NCBI GenBank assembly: GCA_965153455.1 | Contig: OZ234494.1 | Location: 8,990,001-9,054,000 of the forward strand | Direction of reading: 5' to 3' | Length of the DNA stretch: 64,000 nt | Origin: Sphagnum compactum | Taxonomy: Eukaryota | Part shown: piece after piece, positions 40,520-53,817 of the stretch | Layout of the letters: each line of letters begins with the position of its first letter | Numbering within the stretch: the stretch's first letter is position 1 | The notes under the pieces: generated by a model | What the model was told of the DNA's origin: nothing | Database searches by the model: none | The model's input: only the letters and a program-made list of their open reading frames with translations | Program-made: the position numbers and the translations under genes

Positions 40520-41290
40520 ATAGAGTGTAAGTACTGGTTTTTTTTTTCTTTTGTTTTTTGGTGAATTTTCGTTACTTGGCAAAAAGAAATCCTTTGCAAC
40601 TCATACAAAGTTCTTTTCTTTCCTTTGTATGAAAAAGAAAAGAAAAGAAAAAAAGCACCAAAGTTGCCAGCCAGTTTTCCAGGAAGGTTGTTTTTTTCCC
40701 CTTGAAATCGCCACATTTAGACACGATAGGTTTAAAAGCTCGCCAAAATGTAGCAGGATTCTTTTTTGAAAAAAATTCCTCTTTGACCTGTAGCCAACCA
40801 AATTTGGCAAATTCCCCTTTAGTATGAATATTGTTCCTCTCTGACTTGTAGCCAAATAGAATCGACTAATTCCTCTTGTGGATGGTAGGCCAGTGTGGCT
40901 AGGCTAATAAACATCACAAAATCATATTAAAAAAGAAAACCCTTGTACCTACAGTATAAGTAGGTATTTCAAGGCAGGGTTTCTTTTTACTGGCGAAATT
41001 TTGCCAAATTCTTCGCCAGATTTCGACCTGACAAATATGATTTTGAGGGCCTATAGAAAGGATCTTTCATGGGAAAAAAAATGGACCAAATTCGCCAGAT
41101 TTTGAAGAAAAAAATTTTCAAATCGCCAGGGTCTTGTGATAACTTCCAGTAGGTAGCCAAGCCAAGAGTATAGAAGAATTTCTGTTTTTTTTTTCTACTT
41201 TCATATCTACTATGTAGCCAAATTTGGCTAAATTATTTTGTGGATGATTGCCCCTTTGACTACATCACAAAATCCTTAAGAGAGGAAAAA
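40520..41290. repeat. Two adjacent copies of an abundant interspersed repeat (TAGCCAAATTTGGC / TGTGGATG motifs)
   Basis: Shared GTAGCCAnnnAATTTGGC..ATT..TTGTGGATG..CATCACAAAAT blocks. Related copies at 49395-49990 and 50895-51165 (opposite strand) and 57115-57380. Confidence 0.7.
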
Positions 41291-41529
41291 AAAAAAAACA
41301 CCCTGCTAAGTTCAAGAGATGGGTTTATATAATTAATAAATAAATAAATAAATACCTAAATATTTCCACCAACCAAGATCACCTGGAGTGACAACAAAAA
41401 GGACAAAAAGAAATTTGTCCTGTTTGGAGTAAATTGGTGAAGACGACTGACTCCAAGGTATAAACTCGATTGTGGAAAGCACAAAACACTAGTACCTACA
41501 GTCAGGAAATACACACACAGAGCCAGACA

Positions 41530-41572
41530 CTCCCTGCGAGAGAAGGAAGAGCGACAGAAGAGAGACAGACAG

Positions 41573-41605
<33 letters not shown>

Positions 41606-41697
41606 GCGCACTGCACATACTGCGAGAGAGAGACAGAAAGAAAGAGAGGCAGAGCTACGGGCAACAGACTTCTTCCTCCTCCTCATCGTCATCCCAG
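41530..41697 (+). promoter_or_regulatory. Probable first non-coding exon of the ARM gene, with GA and (CA)n microsatellites
   Basis: AT-rich tract upstream (41325-41352), GA/CA repeats, and donor CAG|GTATTG at 41697/41698 followed by T-rich intron-like sequence. Confidence 0.45.
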
Positions 41698-42800
41698 GTA
41701 TTGAGCTTTGTTTCTTGACTTCTATCATCGTTGGCTGCCTGTTGTAAGCTGATGCTCGCTTCCTTTGTTGTTTGATGTTTTATTATTCTCTCTCTGGTTT
41801 TTTTCAGCTGCTTTGCTTGCTGCTTCCCCTGATGTCTACTAAGGTTAAAAAAATTATGCTCGTCATGTCCTTTTTTGTTGTAATCCGTTTCTGGCTTTGA
41901 ACCACTTCCCTCCTGTTATTGTTGTTGTTGTGGTTGACTATTTTTGCCTCGCCAAGGAGGGGTGCTTGATGATCGAGGGAGGAGGAGGAGGAGGAGGAGG
42001 CGGCTTGTGCATTTGTTGTTATTTGGTGTGGATGTTGTTGCATTTAGTAGAGGTGAGGGAGCTTGCACTAACCAGGCGTGAGAGGTTTATGTTGTTGTTG
42101 TCGTCGTCGTCGACTCTGCAGAAGAAGTTGCAGTTCGTCTTGTTGTTGTAGCGACCTGTTTGGAGTGGAGATGCGCGGCTTTGTTAGAAATTTCCTACTG
42201 TGAACAGTTTTGTTTCCCGTCCGTGGACTCGTCGGTGTTTTCGCTCTTTTCGTGGTCTGAGGAGGGGTCCCCTCGTGCCTGAAACGGAGTTTGGCCTTAG
42301 ACTGCATGTCTCGATAGAGCTTTTCTGCATGTTTCAATACAGCTCTTGTCTCGATAGAGCTCTTCTGCTTGTTGAGATATACATGCAAAAGAGAGCAAAA
42401 GTCGAATGGAGGAGTGCTTGGTAGAATGGGAAATCTGACGAGGAAACCAAGTTTGATGAATTCGGGAAGAAGAAAAAGAAGAAGAAGGTGTTGTTCCGAC
42501 GAGGTCGTAGCAGCAGTGGTGGCGACAAGATAGGGACGAGTCCGGTCGGTCGTCGGAACGTCATGGAAGGCCAAGCGCTCCTATCATTGCTCGCCTTTCT
42601 TACGAGGAGTTGAAAAACAACCGACGTAGGTACTAGTATTTCTTCTTCTTATGCCATTTCCGAGCTCAGTAGACTTTGTACATGAATGAGGAAAACTGTT
42701 CTTTGTCCATCTGTCATGTTACACTTTTGTTTGCGTAATGAGCATGTTTCTTTTGCATGTTCGACTCTCAGTCTGCGGACTGGAGTAGTACCAATCTGAA

Positions 42801-42851
42801 ATGTGAATGGTGCTGCTTCTACCAAGGTCAAGCAGACAAAAACTATGGTAG
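42801..42851 (+). promoter_or_regulatory. Minimal ORF ATG-TGA followed directly by uORF MVLLLPRSSRQKLW* overlapping the main ATG
   Basis: ATGTGA at 42801-42806. ATG at 42807 runs to TAG at 42849-42851. Main ATG at 42845. Confidence 0.5.
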
Positions 42852-43165
42852 CTGGTGAAGACATCATCATCATCATCGGAGAGGGTAACGAGTCCGACGA
42901 GGAGGAGGCCAAGAAGCAAGAAGGACTGCTACAAGATGATGATGATGATGATGACATGATGATGAATCCAGCAGAGGAGAATTTGTTAGTAAGGCGGGCA
43001 CTGCATCTTCTGGCCATCGTTCCCTCTCAGGCCTCTCTGGTGAAAGCGTTTTTAGGGAAATGGATGACCATAACTCCTCGCTTCTTGCAACTACCTGCAC
43101 TACTGAACGAGATGGCACATCTCCGATGCCTTGATGACAACACAGTATTCAAAGATCTTCTACAG
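42845..43165 (+). CDS. Armadillo-repeat protein, coding exon 1 (acidic N-terminus + conserved plant N-terminal helical domain)
   Basis: MVAGED...VKAFLGKWMTI...L..L.EMAH, typical of plant U-box-less ARM proteins. Donor CAG|GTGATC, phase 0. Confidence 0.85.
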
Positions 43166-43731
43166 GTGATCATCATCCTCATCCCTGGGTCTGGTTATTT
43201 TTTCCATCTGGTGCACAACTCCTTCATGGTTTTGCAGTTAGAATACCTCTGTCTGAGCATCCTATTGGGTCCTATTGAGGAGCATGTGTGGTGCACTGTG
43301 GCTGTTGTTCGAACCGCTCAGTTTTATTTTTGTTTTGCTTTTGTCTATTTGTTAGGGTTAGGATTCCAGTGTCTTCCTGTTTGCTTATTATGTTGTCTGA
43401 TCTGAAACTCTCCACAACCTTATCACTGAGTTGTCAACTCACAATTCTCTTCAGACTGACATGAAGGTTGCCATCATAGAGAAGTTGTCGGTACTTATGA
43501 AGAATTTTGTAGATATGTAATGGGTGCTGGGTTGTAGAGCTTTTTTCTCATGTCTTCATGAGCAGATCTTTTTTCCACTGGTAACAGACATGCGTTATAC
43601 ATGAATTGTTGTTGTTCTTCCACAAAGATATGCAGACTGTCAACTTTGCATGGAGGTTGCAGTTCCTCAATCAGGTGTTTCTCTCACTGTCCTAGTGTTA
43701 AGAAGGGTTTTTGAATTCTTACTGACTGCAG

Positions 43732-44892
43732 AAAATTGTCGTGACTTTGGAAGAGGCACAAGTGCTTGCCAGAAAATGCACAGAGTTAAGTTATGGTGGC
43801 AAACTTCAAATGCAGAGCAATCTGGACTCACTCACTGGAAAACTTGACTTTCATATTCATGACAGTCAGCTGATGATTAAAAGCGGGATTATGCAAGAGA
43901 ATCCTCTGACAATGTGTAGAATAACCCCTGAATTGACACGAGAGGTAGTGCGCTTGAACATCCGAGATCTGCTTTCGCACCTTCAAATAGGAGGCATTGA
44001 GTGCAAGCAAAGAGCACTAGACAGCATGATTCAGCTTATGGCAGAAGAGGACAAGAACATCTTGATGGTGGCCAGCCAGGGTGCAGTTGCAGTGCTTGTG
44101 CAATTGCTAGATGCCAGCCAGCCTTGTGTGAGAGAGAGAGCAGCTGCTGCCATCTGTAAGCTCGCATTGAATGACAGCTGTGAGCATCAGGTAGTGTCTG
44201 AAGGTGGTATAGCTCCTCTTGTTCGTCTCCTTGAGTCTGGGAGCTCCTTTGCTCAAGAGAAGGCAACTGTGAGCCTGCAGGCCTTGTCAGCAGGTTCGGA
44301 GAATGCATGTGCAGTAGCTGCACATGGGGGAATACCTGCTCTGGTAGAAATATGTCAGCTAGGCACACCTGCAGCACAGGCTGCAGCAGCAGGGTCTTTG
44401 AGAAACCTTGCAGCAGTGCAGGAGCTTAGAACAACCATAGTGGAGGATGGGGCAATTGCTATTATCATTAACTTGGTTTCATCAGGCACACATCTAGCAC
44501 AAGAGAATGCTGCTGCAACATTGCAGAACTTGGCTGTAAGTGATGACAAGGTCCGGTGGAACATTGTGAAAGAGGGTGGCATCCAACCATTGTTGCGATT
44601 CCTGGATAATGCCACTGATCCTCGACGCCAGGAAATAGGTATGGGGGTACTGCGCAACTTGGCAGCTTGCACTGCAAATTCTGAAGCTCTCATTGCAGCA
44701 GGGTTTTTACCACGACTTGTAGGGGTACTCCAAAGTGGACCAGTCACAGTGCAGCAGATTGCAGCTGCTTCTGTTTGTTACATGGCATCTTCACCAGAGA
44801 CCAGGAGGTTATTTGGAGTTGCTGGTGCAATTTCCCCACTGGTGAAGCTCCTGGGTGCCAAGACTTGTACTGCCCAAGAGTACGCTGCACAG
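43732..44892 (+). CDS. Armadillo-repeat protein, coding exon 2 (VAC8-like ARM repeats)
   Basis: YGGKLQMQSNLDSL, then tandem ARM repeats (GGIAPLVRLL, GGIPALVEIC, AAGSLRNLA, AAATLQNLA, GGIQPLL). CTGAC branch point and TGCAG acceptor. Donor CAG|GTATTG. Confidence 0.95.
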
Positions 44893-45131
44893 GTATTGTT
44901 GGTTTGAAAATGCCAATCTCAGTACTCACAAGCTCTTAAATAAACTGCCTAGTTTCGGTTGGATTGGAACAGAGAATTTGTAGAAAGTGATACATGCATA
45001 ACCTGTAGAGAACCAATATCTCACCAGAACCAACATCTTGACCATCACTCCATCCCCTTTCTGGATAGGCATGTTCCCAAAATATGCTTAGATCAAGAAG
45101 TAATCAATCTTGTGCATGGATATCTCTGCAG

Positions 45132-45428
45132 GCATTGGCCAGCCTTCTCCTGGTGGAGGATAACCGTGAGCTCTTCATGGCTGAGGAAGGGAGTGTTATT
45201 GGGCTGGTTTTGCTTTTAGATACAAGGTTCCCAGGAGTTGCAAAACAATTTCCAATTGCTGCATTACAACCACTTGCAGGCAATGCAAAGTGTAGAAAGC
45301 AAATGATGGCTGCTGGTGTGTGCAATCACCTCTACGTGCTGGCAGATATGGAAATCACAGGGGCGAAGCGGCTGCTTGATCGCTTGGCCACAGGCAAGCT
45401 GCGAAGTATCATCAGGAGAACACTGCTT
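45132..45428 (+). CDS. Armadillo-repeat protein, coding exon 3
   Basis: Phase-0 acceptor TGCAG|GCA. KCRKQMMAAG...GAKRLLDRLATGKLRSI, the conserved C-terminus of this plant ARM family. Donor GTAAGC at 45429. Confidence 0.9.
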
Positions 45429-45596
45429 GTAAGCACAAACCATCCTGGTTTTTCCCCTTTTCTCCCCATTCTTTCTTCTGGTGTTACTCAGTATTTTTCA
45501 TGCTTCCAACATCTACTTGGAGTTTAAATGGAGCATTTAGTTAACACCACATGTTGTTGTTTCCCCTGTTATGGCAATGCAATTTGTGCTGGTCAG

Positions 45597-45617
45597 TGTG
45601 AACATAGACATGAATGA
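45597..45617 (+). CDS. Armadillo-repeat protein, putative short last coding exon (CEHRHE*)
   Basis: CAG acceptor at 45594-45596 gives an in-phase stop. Read-through to the stop at 45527 is the alternative. Confidence 0.45.
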   Translation, partial: CEHRHE

Positions 45618-48336
45618 TGTGGAGTTTCTGCCAGTTTGTAGCCAAGTAATAGCTGGTAGCCAGAATGATGTGTAGGAAGGATACCCAGACAAAAAATTGA
45701 TGAAGTGCTTCCCAATTGTGTGTTTTTCAGGGGGGAGGCATCCATGGTTGATTCACCATTCACCAAATTCTTTCTGTAACAACAATATACAACAACAACA
45801 ATGTACCTGGAGAGGAGGGGTTTGCAGCGTGATCTGCACAACTTCCTCATATGCATCAACAGAGTGTGTAGTCAACTATCAGTGTACAAATTACTTAACA
45901 CAGGTCAGGGGAAAGTCTTCATAGACTGCATGTGGAATTGTGAGCACCCTTATACAGAAAACCAACATTAGTGTAGCAAGGTGGGACGGTGGACATTTCT
46001 TCTACATTCCTCACATCTTATGCCCTGTAATATTAAGTCAGAAATATTGGGCACATTCTAATTGACACAAAGTTGGCAGTCTTAAATTTATACCTTATGT
46101 CATCCTAGCTTAGAAAGTGCCTCTTTTGCTCTTTGCAAATAGAGGAACTGTTGGTGAGATCAGCAGCTACCCATCACACACCAACTAGATCAGAACTCAG
46201 GTCACCATTTGTTGCAAACACAAATTTATTTCTTCTTGTTCTCTTGCTTCTTCTTCTTTACTTACCAGAGACTGAAAATAGCAGCTACCGCAAACCAACC
46301 AGAGCAGAGCTTGGTCACCTTTTGTTTAAACAACTACTGTGCTTTCCTGTTTCTCTTGCTTTCTCTTTACTTCTCACATTAACATTTTGTAGAACAGGTT
46401 TGCCATGGCATCAACAGTTATGGACTAGTTAACTAGCTCTTGAGTTAAAGGTTGCTGTGAATAGAAGAGGCTCGTTAACTCTGGCGTCTGGATAATGCCA
46501 TGAGCCACCTTGGTACCTTTCATGCCTTGACACCAACTTTGTACTTGCGATGTTTTCGGATGGATTCACAATATAAATTGACCAGTTTTAGATGTGATTA
46601 GTGCTTAATAATGTCATTTTTTAAATGATAATTTCTGTTGATGATGTTGAAAGTTTTGGATTTACTTATATAAAATCATTCATAATATATTATGAGAACA
46701 TGTGATTGAATTTGAAATCAACTTAATAAATAAAAATATCCAAAACCACTTTAAAAATGTTGTAACCAAATGGTTTTAAACAGTAAAAGAACTTGTAAAA
46801 TGATTTAAAAGATTTGAAAATGAAATGTTTTTGGTAAATTTTTAATATAAATCTTAACATAATAGTATAAAAGAATATATATTAAAAAAAAAAATTCAAA
46901 AAGTATATATATTTTGAGAATAAACAGTTTCTTTTTAGCACTTAGACGATGGGTAGTGGGTCCTTTTATTGTGAATGCACCCATTGCATGCATGTAGGTT
47001 TCAAGTCCAACTAATTGACTTTGTGGGCTTGTGTAGTAGCAATTTTAACACATAGAAATAAAGACTAGAGTTTATTTATTTTGAAATTGTGATGGGCTGT
47101 GTCATTGGAGTCTCAACATAGAAGTTGGGAAAAAACAGAAATCCATAAATGAGAGTGTTTAGAAAGAATTTACAAGATTGTCTCAAAGAATGTTATGTAA
47201 GTTGAGAAAAACAAGAAGCTACTACTATACCCATTTTTCTTTGCCCAAGAAACTTGGATGTTCAGGAGCTCTCTCTCTCTCTCTCTCTGGGTGATGTAAG
47301 TAAGGCTAACAATTGAGATAGTAAGAGCATCATCATCACCCACACCTTGAAATTGGACCTCAACCAGAATTGGTCACATCCAAAAGATAAATCCAATGTC
47401 CTCCACTCCTCACCCATGAAAGAGAAAAATTGAACATTATAAAGTGGGACATTTCAATGTCATCACCTAGGCGCTTAGATTACTTTGTCTGCCTTGGACT
47501 AAAAAGCTTACATGTTGATATCATTTGACATTGATGATATCAATGTCAATAGCTGTGAATTAATTTTTGGCTGAATTTCTTGAGTTCTGACCAAATGTGG
47601 GCTAGCTAGAATGCTATGCAGCAGAGGTCCTTAATTGAGTTGGTATAGTGGTGGGTTTCTTAGGATTTTCTGGTATAGTGCTCTTAGGCTTGCTAGGTCT
47701 CTGAGCAGTACTCCAATTTGTAGCAATTTCTTTCGGCTACTTCAGCATGTTGTTCTGAACTACTTTTTCTGTACTTCATTTTTTCAGGCCTCTTGGGTTT
47801 TTTAAATCATTCCCTCATCTCTTGTGCTCTGGGGGTAACCATGCTCTTGGCTTAGAGTTTTGCTCTGTTTACCTTGAGATACAATGGGTGGAGGAGCATT
47901 TTTGTATGCAACTAACTCCTTTCCTCCACACACCCACTTTGGACAATGAGTTCATCAGACTTGTAAGTTCATCAACCTCTGAGTCCATCTTGGAACCATG
48001 TCTGTTTGGGCGTTCTTCTGAATAGCCTCATGTTGAATTGTTGATGTCTCTCCAAACCCTGGTCCCTTCTTCTCTGGCAAACCATTCAGTGCATCACAAT
48101 TGTTTCTGAAGTCAATGTCTTTTCCCTTAAACATCTTTCTGCTATACCCAAAACTCAGCTATGTTTACATGTCTATTGCAAGGTTAGTCAAAAGCTGCCT
48201 CACCTTCTGTTTTGCTGTGGTCAAAGTTCTATCATTCCTAGGTCATATCACACCCCAACCTCCATTCTTTCTCTTGCTCCTCCCTCTTCCCACAGGCTTG
48301 TTGTTCATGCAATCGCCAACGTGTCTCCAAAACGAG

Positions 48337-48402
48337 TTCTTCTTCTTGGATGTTCTTTTGTTGGGTTTAGGCTTTAGGCTTTAGAACATCCAAGAAGAAG
48401 AA
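48337..48402. repeat. Perfect 20-bp inverted repeat with 26-nt loop
   Basis: TTCTTCTTCTTGGATGTTCT (48337-48356) and AGAACATCCAAGAAGAAGAA (48383-48402). Confidence 0.95.
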
Positions 48403-48774
48403 AAACATTGCAAAAGGAGAGGGTTTAGGGTTTTAAGGTTTAGGACTTTGTTGCATCTTTCTTACCATTTGCAATGCTTCTGTAGTAGGCCTCCATGAAA
48501 CGAAGACACCCTAAAACCCTAAACCCTAAACCATTGAGCCACTATGAAGCTTGAAGCTTGTAGTTGCTGCACAAATATCCTTTGATCTCTTAATGCATCT
48601 GCAAAGACCCTGAGAGGTGGGTTCAAGTGCTTTGCCACCTCTACCCAAACCTCTGGGAACTCTTCATTCCGATAGCAATCTGAGCTGAAGACTCACTCCT
48701 TGCAAAAGAGGAGCGATAAAGAGCCTAGTGAGAAAAGAGTGTAGACCCAAGAACCTATCAACTTAGCACCCTAA

Positions 48775-48988
48775 TGGTGCATTCACACTTGATGCTAAGT
48801 CATTTTTAAATGAAAATCTAGGTGGCATCCTACATGTCACCCAATGTTAAATAGGTGATAGCTTAATGTTTAAGTGAATGTTAGCTTAACATAAAACGTT
48901 CACGGTAACTAGGTGTAAGTCCTAAATGACTAGCATGGTGTTAGGCGACTCAACACTAGAGTCCCTAACACCAAGTGTGAATGCACCT
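48775..48988. mobile_element. PIF/Harbinger MITE, family A copy 2
   Basis: GGTGCATTCACACTTG...CAAGTGTGAATGCACC with TAA/TTA flanks. Collinear with 2088-2295. Confidence 0.85.
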
Positions 48989-51900
48989 TTAAAACTTGGG
49001 TTTCTGTAGGCATGCTTCTCATGGCTTGACTCTTGATGGAGCAAGACATTAATTAATAAATACTCCCTGACAAGTTCTGTGTCACATATTTTCAATCTTT
49101 TTTTTTCTTTTTTTCTTTTTTGCACCCTTTTTTTCTACATGTTCTATTGCCTCACACTAGTTTCAAACCAACTTCTTTTAGTATAGAAAGTGACTACCAA
49201 CCGCATAGATTTAAACATTCAAAAGTAATAATCATATTTTTTAATTTTAACTTATTAAAAGATTCAAACCAATTAAACCCTCTAGTAGAACCATGCGGTT
49301 TTATGTGGGGTTGAGCTTTGAGCTCTAGTGATCACTTTTTGTGTTGGACAAAGCTCCCTTAAGGGGTGTTTATATATCTTCCATCAATCAATGGTTTTTT
49401 TTTCAATTTTTTTGATGTAGTCAAAGTGGCAATCATCCACAGGAAGGTTTAGCAAAATTTGGTTACAAGCTAAATATGAAAATAAAACTCTTAAAACATT
49501 TTTCTATATATTTTAGTTTAGTGTTTCTTTTCTTTTCTGTTAAAATGTTGCCAAAGTGATGATCATTAATGACAGGATTTAACCATAGTTAGCTACATAG
49601 CAACTCTCATAGTAGATTTTTTTCAAAATCCTTTTATATTGTGGCTACCTATTAGAACTTAAGGTATAAATCTATCAATTTTTTAATTCAAAATTTGGCG
49701 AATTTAGGTCATTTTTTTCAAAACTAAATAACCCTTTGTTGATGTTGTTGGGTCTCTTTTCTTTTTTCAGAATGGTGAAAATTCTCCACATTAAAAAATG
49801 TTGTTTTGGCTTCCTACTTGCACCATGTATAAAAACATGTGGATGTTTTTCTCAAATATTTGTGACATTCTGGCTATTAAAAATCTCAAAAAGCACTTGA
49901 GTTTAACACTTTTATATTTTTTAATTTTCTCTTTTTGGCTATATATGGCTAGCACAAAAGACACTGCTCTGAACATTTCAAAGGCAAAACATGTAGCTAA
50001 ATCTGTGAAACACTGCACATAATACATATTGTAGTTGAATCCATATTGTAGTTGAATCGCAGGTTCTCCAGGTCTTTGCTGAATAATTGTTTTGATTTTG
50101 AGAAGATTCCATTTCAACAATAGAATGTTCCCCAAATTTAAGATGCTTCAATTTCCTTCAGGAAAAAAAAATCTTTGAGAAAAATATTTTTTGAATATTT
50201 CAGCATGTCTAAAAATAATATATATTTTTTGTCAAACCTGCTATTCAACTAGGTATGCTTAAGGAGAATGAGGGGCTTCGGGGGCCTTGTGGGCCTAAAG
50301 AATCATAACCACTTACTTGCAAGCAGCCATGAGCTTGCATGCATTTGTTTTGATGCCATCCAGTTAGAGCAATCTCCTACTGCAACTTCAATTCAAACCT
50401 CACAAGACTCCAGAGTTCAGAGTTAACTAATGACAAGCAGCTTGTCAAATAATAATTCTGCCCATTTACTTAAAGGGAGAGGTGCAAACGAAAACTTCCA
50501 TTTGAATGGATTTAAAACTTAACATATATTTAGTTAATTTTTGGATTAAATTATTAATTTTGAACTTCTTTAACTTAGTGCTTAGGATCAAAAAATTTAT
50601 TAAATTTGAAATAAAATATTGAAAATATCTATTTGTTGGATCATTTAGTGAAATAAAACATTATTAATATCTATTGTGAGATCACACAATGACTCCCAAA
50701 TCAAAGTTTCTGTCCAAATTTCTAATTTCCAAATGATCATTTGAAAATTCTGAAAATTTCAAATGTTCAGAGTTAACTATATGCATGATGGACATCAATG
50801 CAAGCCCCTGCTTTTCCGTTGCTTTCAAGATCATCATAACTGTCAAAACTCGAAACCCTGCGGTGAGATGAGGCCCAACACAATGGGCACACGGATTGAT
50901 TTTTCAAATTTGTGAAGCAGGTGAGTTGATGATCATCCACAAGAAGACTTAGCCAAATTTGGCTACAGATCCAAGAGGAAAGTAGAGATGTTTAGGAATG
51001 GTGTTATATTTTGGCGAATTGCTAGAATATATTGTCCAAATATGGTTCAAAAATAAAATAAAATTCTTGTAATGTGGAACTTTGGGCCATTTGTTCCAAA
51101 ATAACCCTTTATATATCTGTCACATTGGGTTGTTTTTTGGTCACCAAGATGTCAAAAACAAAAGCACTGATTGAGGGGAGCTTTACATGCTACCACCTGA
51201 CCCCGACTGAACCCCACCCAATTGATTTGGTTTTCTGAGGTAAAAGTGTTTTGGTGGATTTTTGGGCGGAAATAGGTAAAGTTTCTTCCTTGGGAGCAGG
51301 CCTAGGTCCGAGGTCTAATTTTTGGGCCTACTGTCCTTGGGGCTAGAGCCTGCAACCCTCAAATTGGAGGGGGACCTTGGAAGCAGGTTTCCCCAACCAA
51401 AAGTAGTGCAATGTTTTTTTTTACCAACCAATCAATCAGTATGTGAATGACATAGTGGAAGGTATCTTCTTTCTTCCTTTTGAAGAATACAATATCTTCT
51501 GCATGGTTAGGTGCTTTCAAATACCAAGAAAAAAACCTTGGAGTATTTTGTGGTCCAGGGAGGCCTAGACCTTCCCTCCCACCATCAACCCCACCAGAAA
51601 AGATCTTGAGAGGGACAAAGGAAATTCAAAAGAAGACAAAACACGGCACCCATTTGTACTTGTTATACCCATGGTACTTCCTTCTTACACCAACCCATTC
51701 AGGTTTGAATATCATCCAATTATACCCATGATCACTTTCCAGACATGATGAGGAGTAGCAATCATTTCCTTTGGATGAGATTCACGGGCTCTCCAATCTA
51801 AATAATAATGCAAACTGCACTCTATGCTTCAATTAGTGATACATGGTTCTTGAGTTTTCCACAAACATTTTTAACTGCCATGGGTTTTGATTGTTTTGTA

Positions 51901-51999
51901 CAAAATACCTAGAAGGTGAGCTTTAAGTTTCTTCATCTACATGAAGGTCGCTCATTCAAATCTGTGGCACCAAGCAATAATGGGCAAAATGAGGAATAA

Positions 52000-53450
52000 T
52001 AAGAAAAAACAAGACATGGTATGAATATTGCATAGCTATTGACAATATAACAAGATTGTCATGACAAAGTTATGTTGGTACAACACAATGTTTGGCAAAT
52101 ATCATGGGTGAAAATAATATAAATACCTACCTATGCTTCATGTAATTTATTTTGCTCACAACTTTTTGTTTATCTCATTTCATGTCGGAGTAGTATAAAT
52201 TGTAAGTGGAGCATCACAAATTAGCAGCTTTAATTTGTATATACATGTCATGGTGACATTGTTCAAGTGTTGACAAATTGAAAGAAAGTGTATTTGAAAA
52301 CCATCCACATAATGTCTTATTTACCAATGCAAGCCTCTTGTGGATGGTTTTTCTTAAGCATCTTGATAATCTCAATATCCTACCTTAACATTAAGTGATT
52401 TGTAGATTGCAACTTAATTGACAAATAGACTCAATTTGTTATGGTTTTGATCCAAATCTAGATAAACAAAAAGTGTTAGATCAAACACTTTTGTTGAACT
52501 TATGAAATCAGGCCTAAATTATACTATAACATTTAATTTCATTGTTAATTGTGTACATGTAGAATCTTGACTCGGTGAGCTATGTTGACAAGATGAAGGA
52601 TTTGGATGAGATTGTTTGTTTTAATAAGCTAAAAAGAAAATTCTAAATAAGAAGTCTTGTTGTAAAGTCTTTTGCAATGTTGAGATTATAGGTCAAAGAA
52701 GGCAATTGAATATCCCATATTGCACACAACATTTCTTCATGATCAAGAAAATCATTAAAATTTCCTTGGTTTTTGCACTAGCGCACCTTGCATGCTGAAA
52801 GTGAGGAGCAAGAAACTATTAAAAGTTGATCAGGATATACAATTGCAAGTGAATACAATGTACAAATAAGGAAGTAAAAGAGACAGTCAAGATTGCTTGA
52901 CTCCCGACTATCTATCCTTGGTACCATTGTAATGGATTTCTTCTTCCATCACTTAGGTTCGTGTTCCATGCCTGCATTGGGGAAGCTAAAACCAATGTGC
53001 AATATCTCTTGGGATATTCCACATTCCACAAGTTGCAACAACAATATGTGACCATAACTCATGTTGAAAGCATACATATATCTACTAACCCCTAAGTTGC
53101 AATAACATTGTGCATTGCTAAACTCCATGTGAAGTAGATTCCCTCTTTGCCCCATCCCACCCAAAGAAATGGAAGGTCCATCAACAAGGGTGGACAAAGA
53201 GGTGGCCATTGCAGTTCAAAGGGCTCACAAAATGAAGGGTACATGTGGATTCAACCTAATGCAATTCCTCTTAGGTCAACCAAGAGAGCATTGCCCTATA
53301 TGGGATTGATGCATTTGGGCAACAAATCAAACATCAAATGTATCATTTGCTCTAAATCACAATGTAATGCAATTTGGAAAGAAAACCCGTCATAGACAAA
53401 AACTAGGTAATGTTCATTGGGAGTATCCAAACATGACAAATTGCAATCTA
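52000..53450 (+). mobile_element. Possible degraded hAT transposase remnant
   Basis: Scattered peptides such as EYPILH (~52710) and PLRSTKRALPYMGLMH (~53270-53320) resemble hAT core motifs. No ORF; boundaries are approximate. Confidence 0.3.
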
Positions 53451-53817
53451 AAGCATGAGTTACATGCAATGTCAATTTTAAGTATTTGATAGGCAATTGA
53501 ACAAGTAGTAACCATTTTATTCTTATTTGGAAAATTCAGAAACCAGATTTGGTATATTTATTGATTGATGTAACTTGCACAGACAGGAAGGAAATTCAAA
53601 GTTGAATCTTATTGCAAATGTGTGAAAAAAAAAGCTGCAATTAAATTTTGGTGCAAGCTGGTGGGACAACCTGCTGCAGGTGTGTGTTGCCAGGAGCTTG
53701 TTCCAGGTTGATCTGAAGAAGAAGAAGCTGAAGAAGAAGAAGCTTTTTTTGTGTTGATCTGAAGAAGAAGATTTTGGGTATGAGTTTTGCATTTCTCCCA
53801 TGATTTTGAGAGCAGTT

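Noticed and set aside
41550..41572. GACAGAAGAGAG resembling miR156
   Set aside because: Only a partial match inside a GA-rich tract, with no complementary star arm.
42068..42574. 168-aa minus-strand ORF upstream of the ARM CDS
   Set aside because: Low-complexity translation with no domain. It lies in the GC-rich leader or intron of the + strand gene.
47500..48330. Possible Myb/SANT-like accessory ORF remnant of a Harbinger element on the - strand
   Set aside because: Only 4-6-residue hints (RAWL, HIWSELK), too weak without a profile search.
51165..51441. CACTG-type termini suggesting a CACTA element
   Set aside because: The right end is mismatched, there is no TSD, and the left motif is also the end of the preceding repeat.
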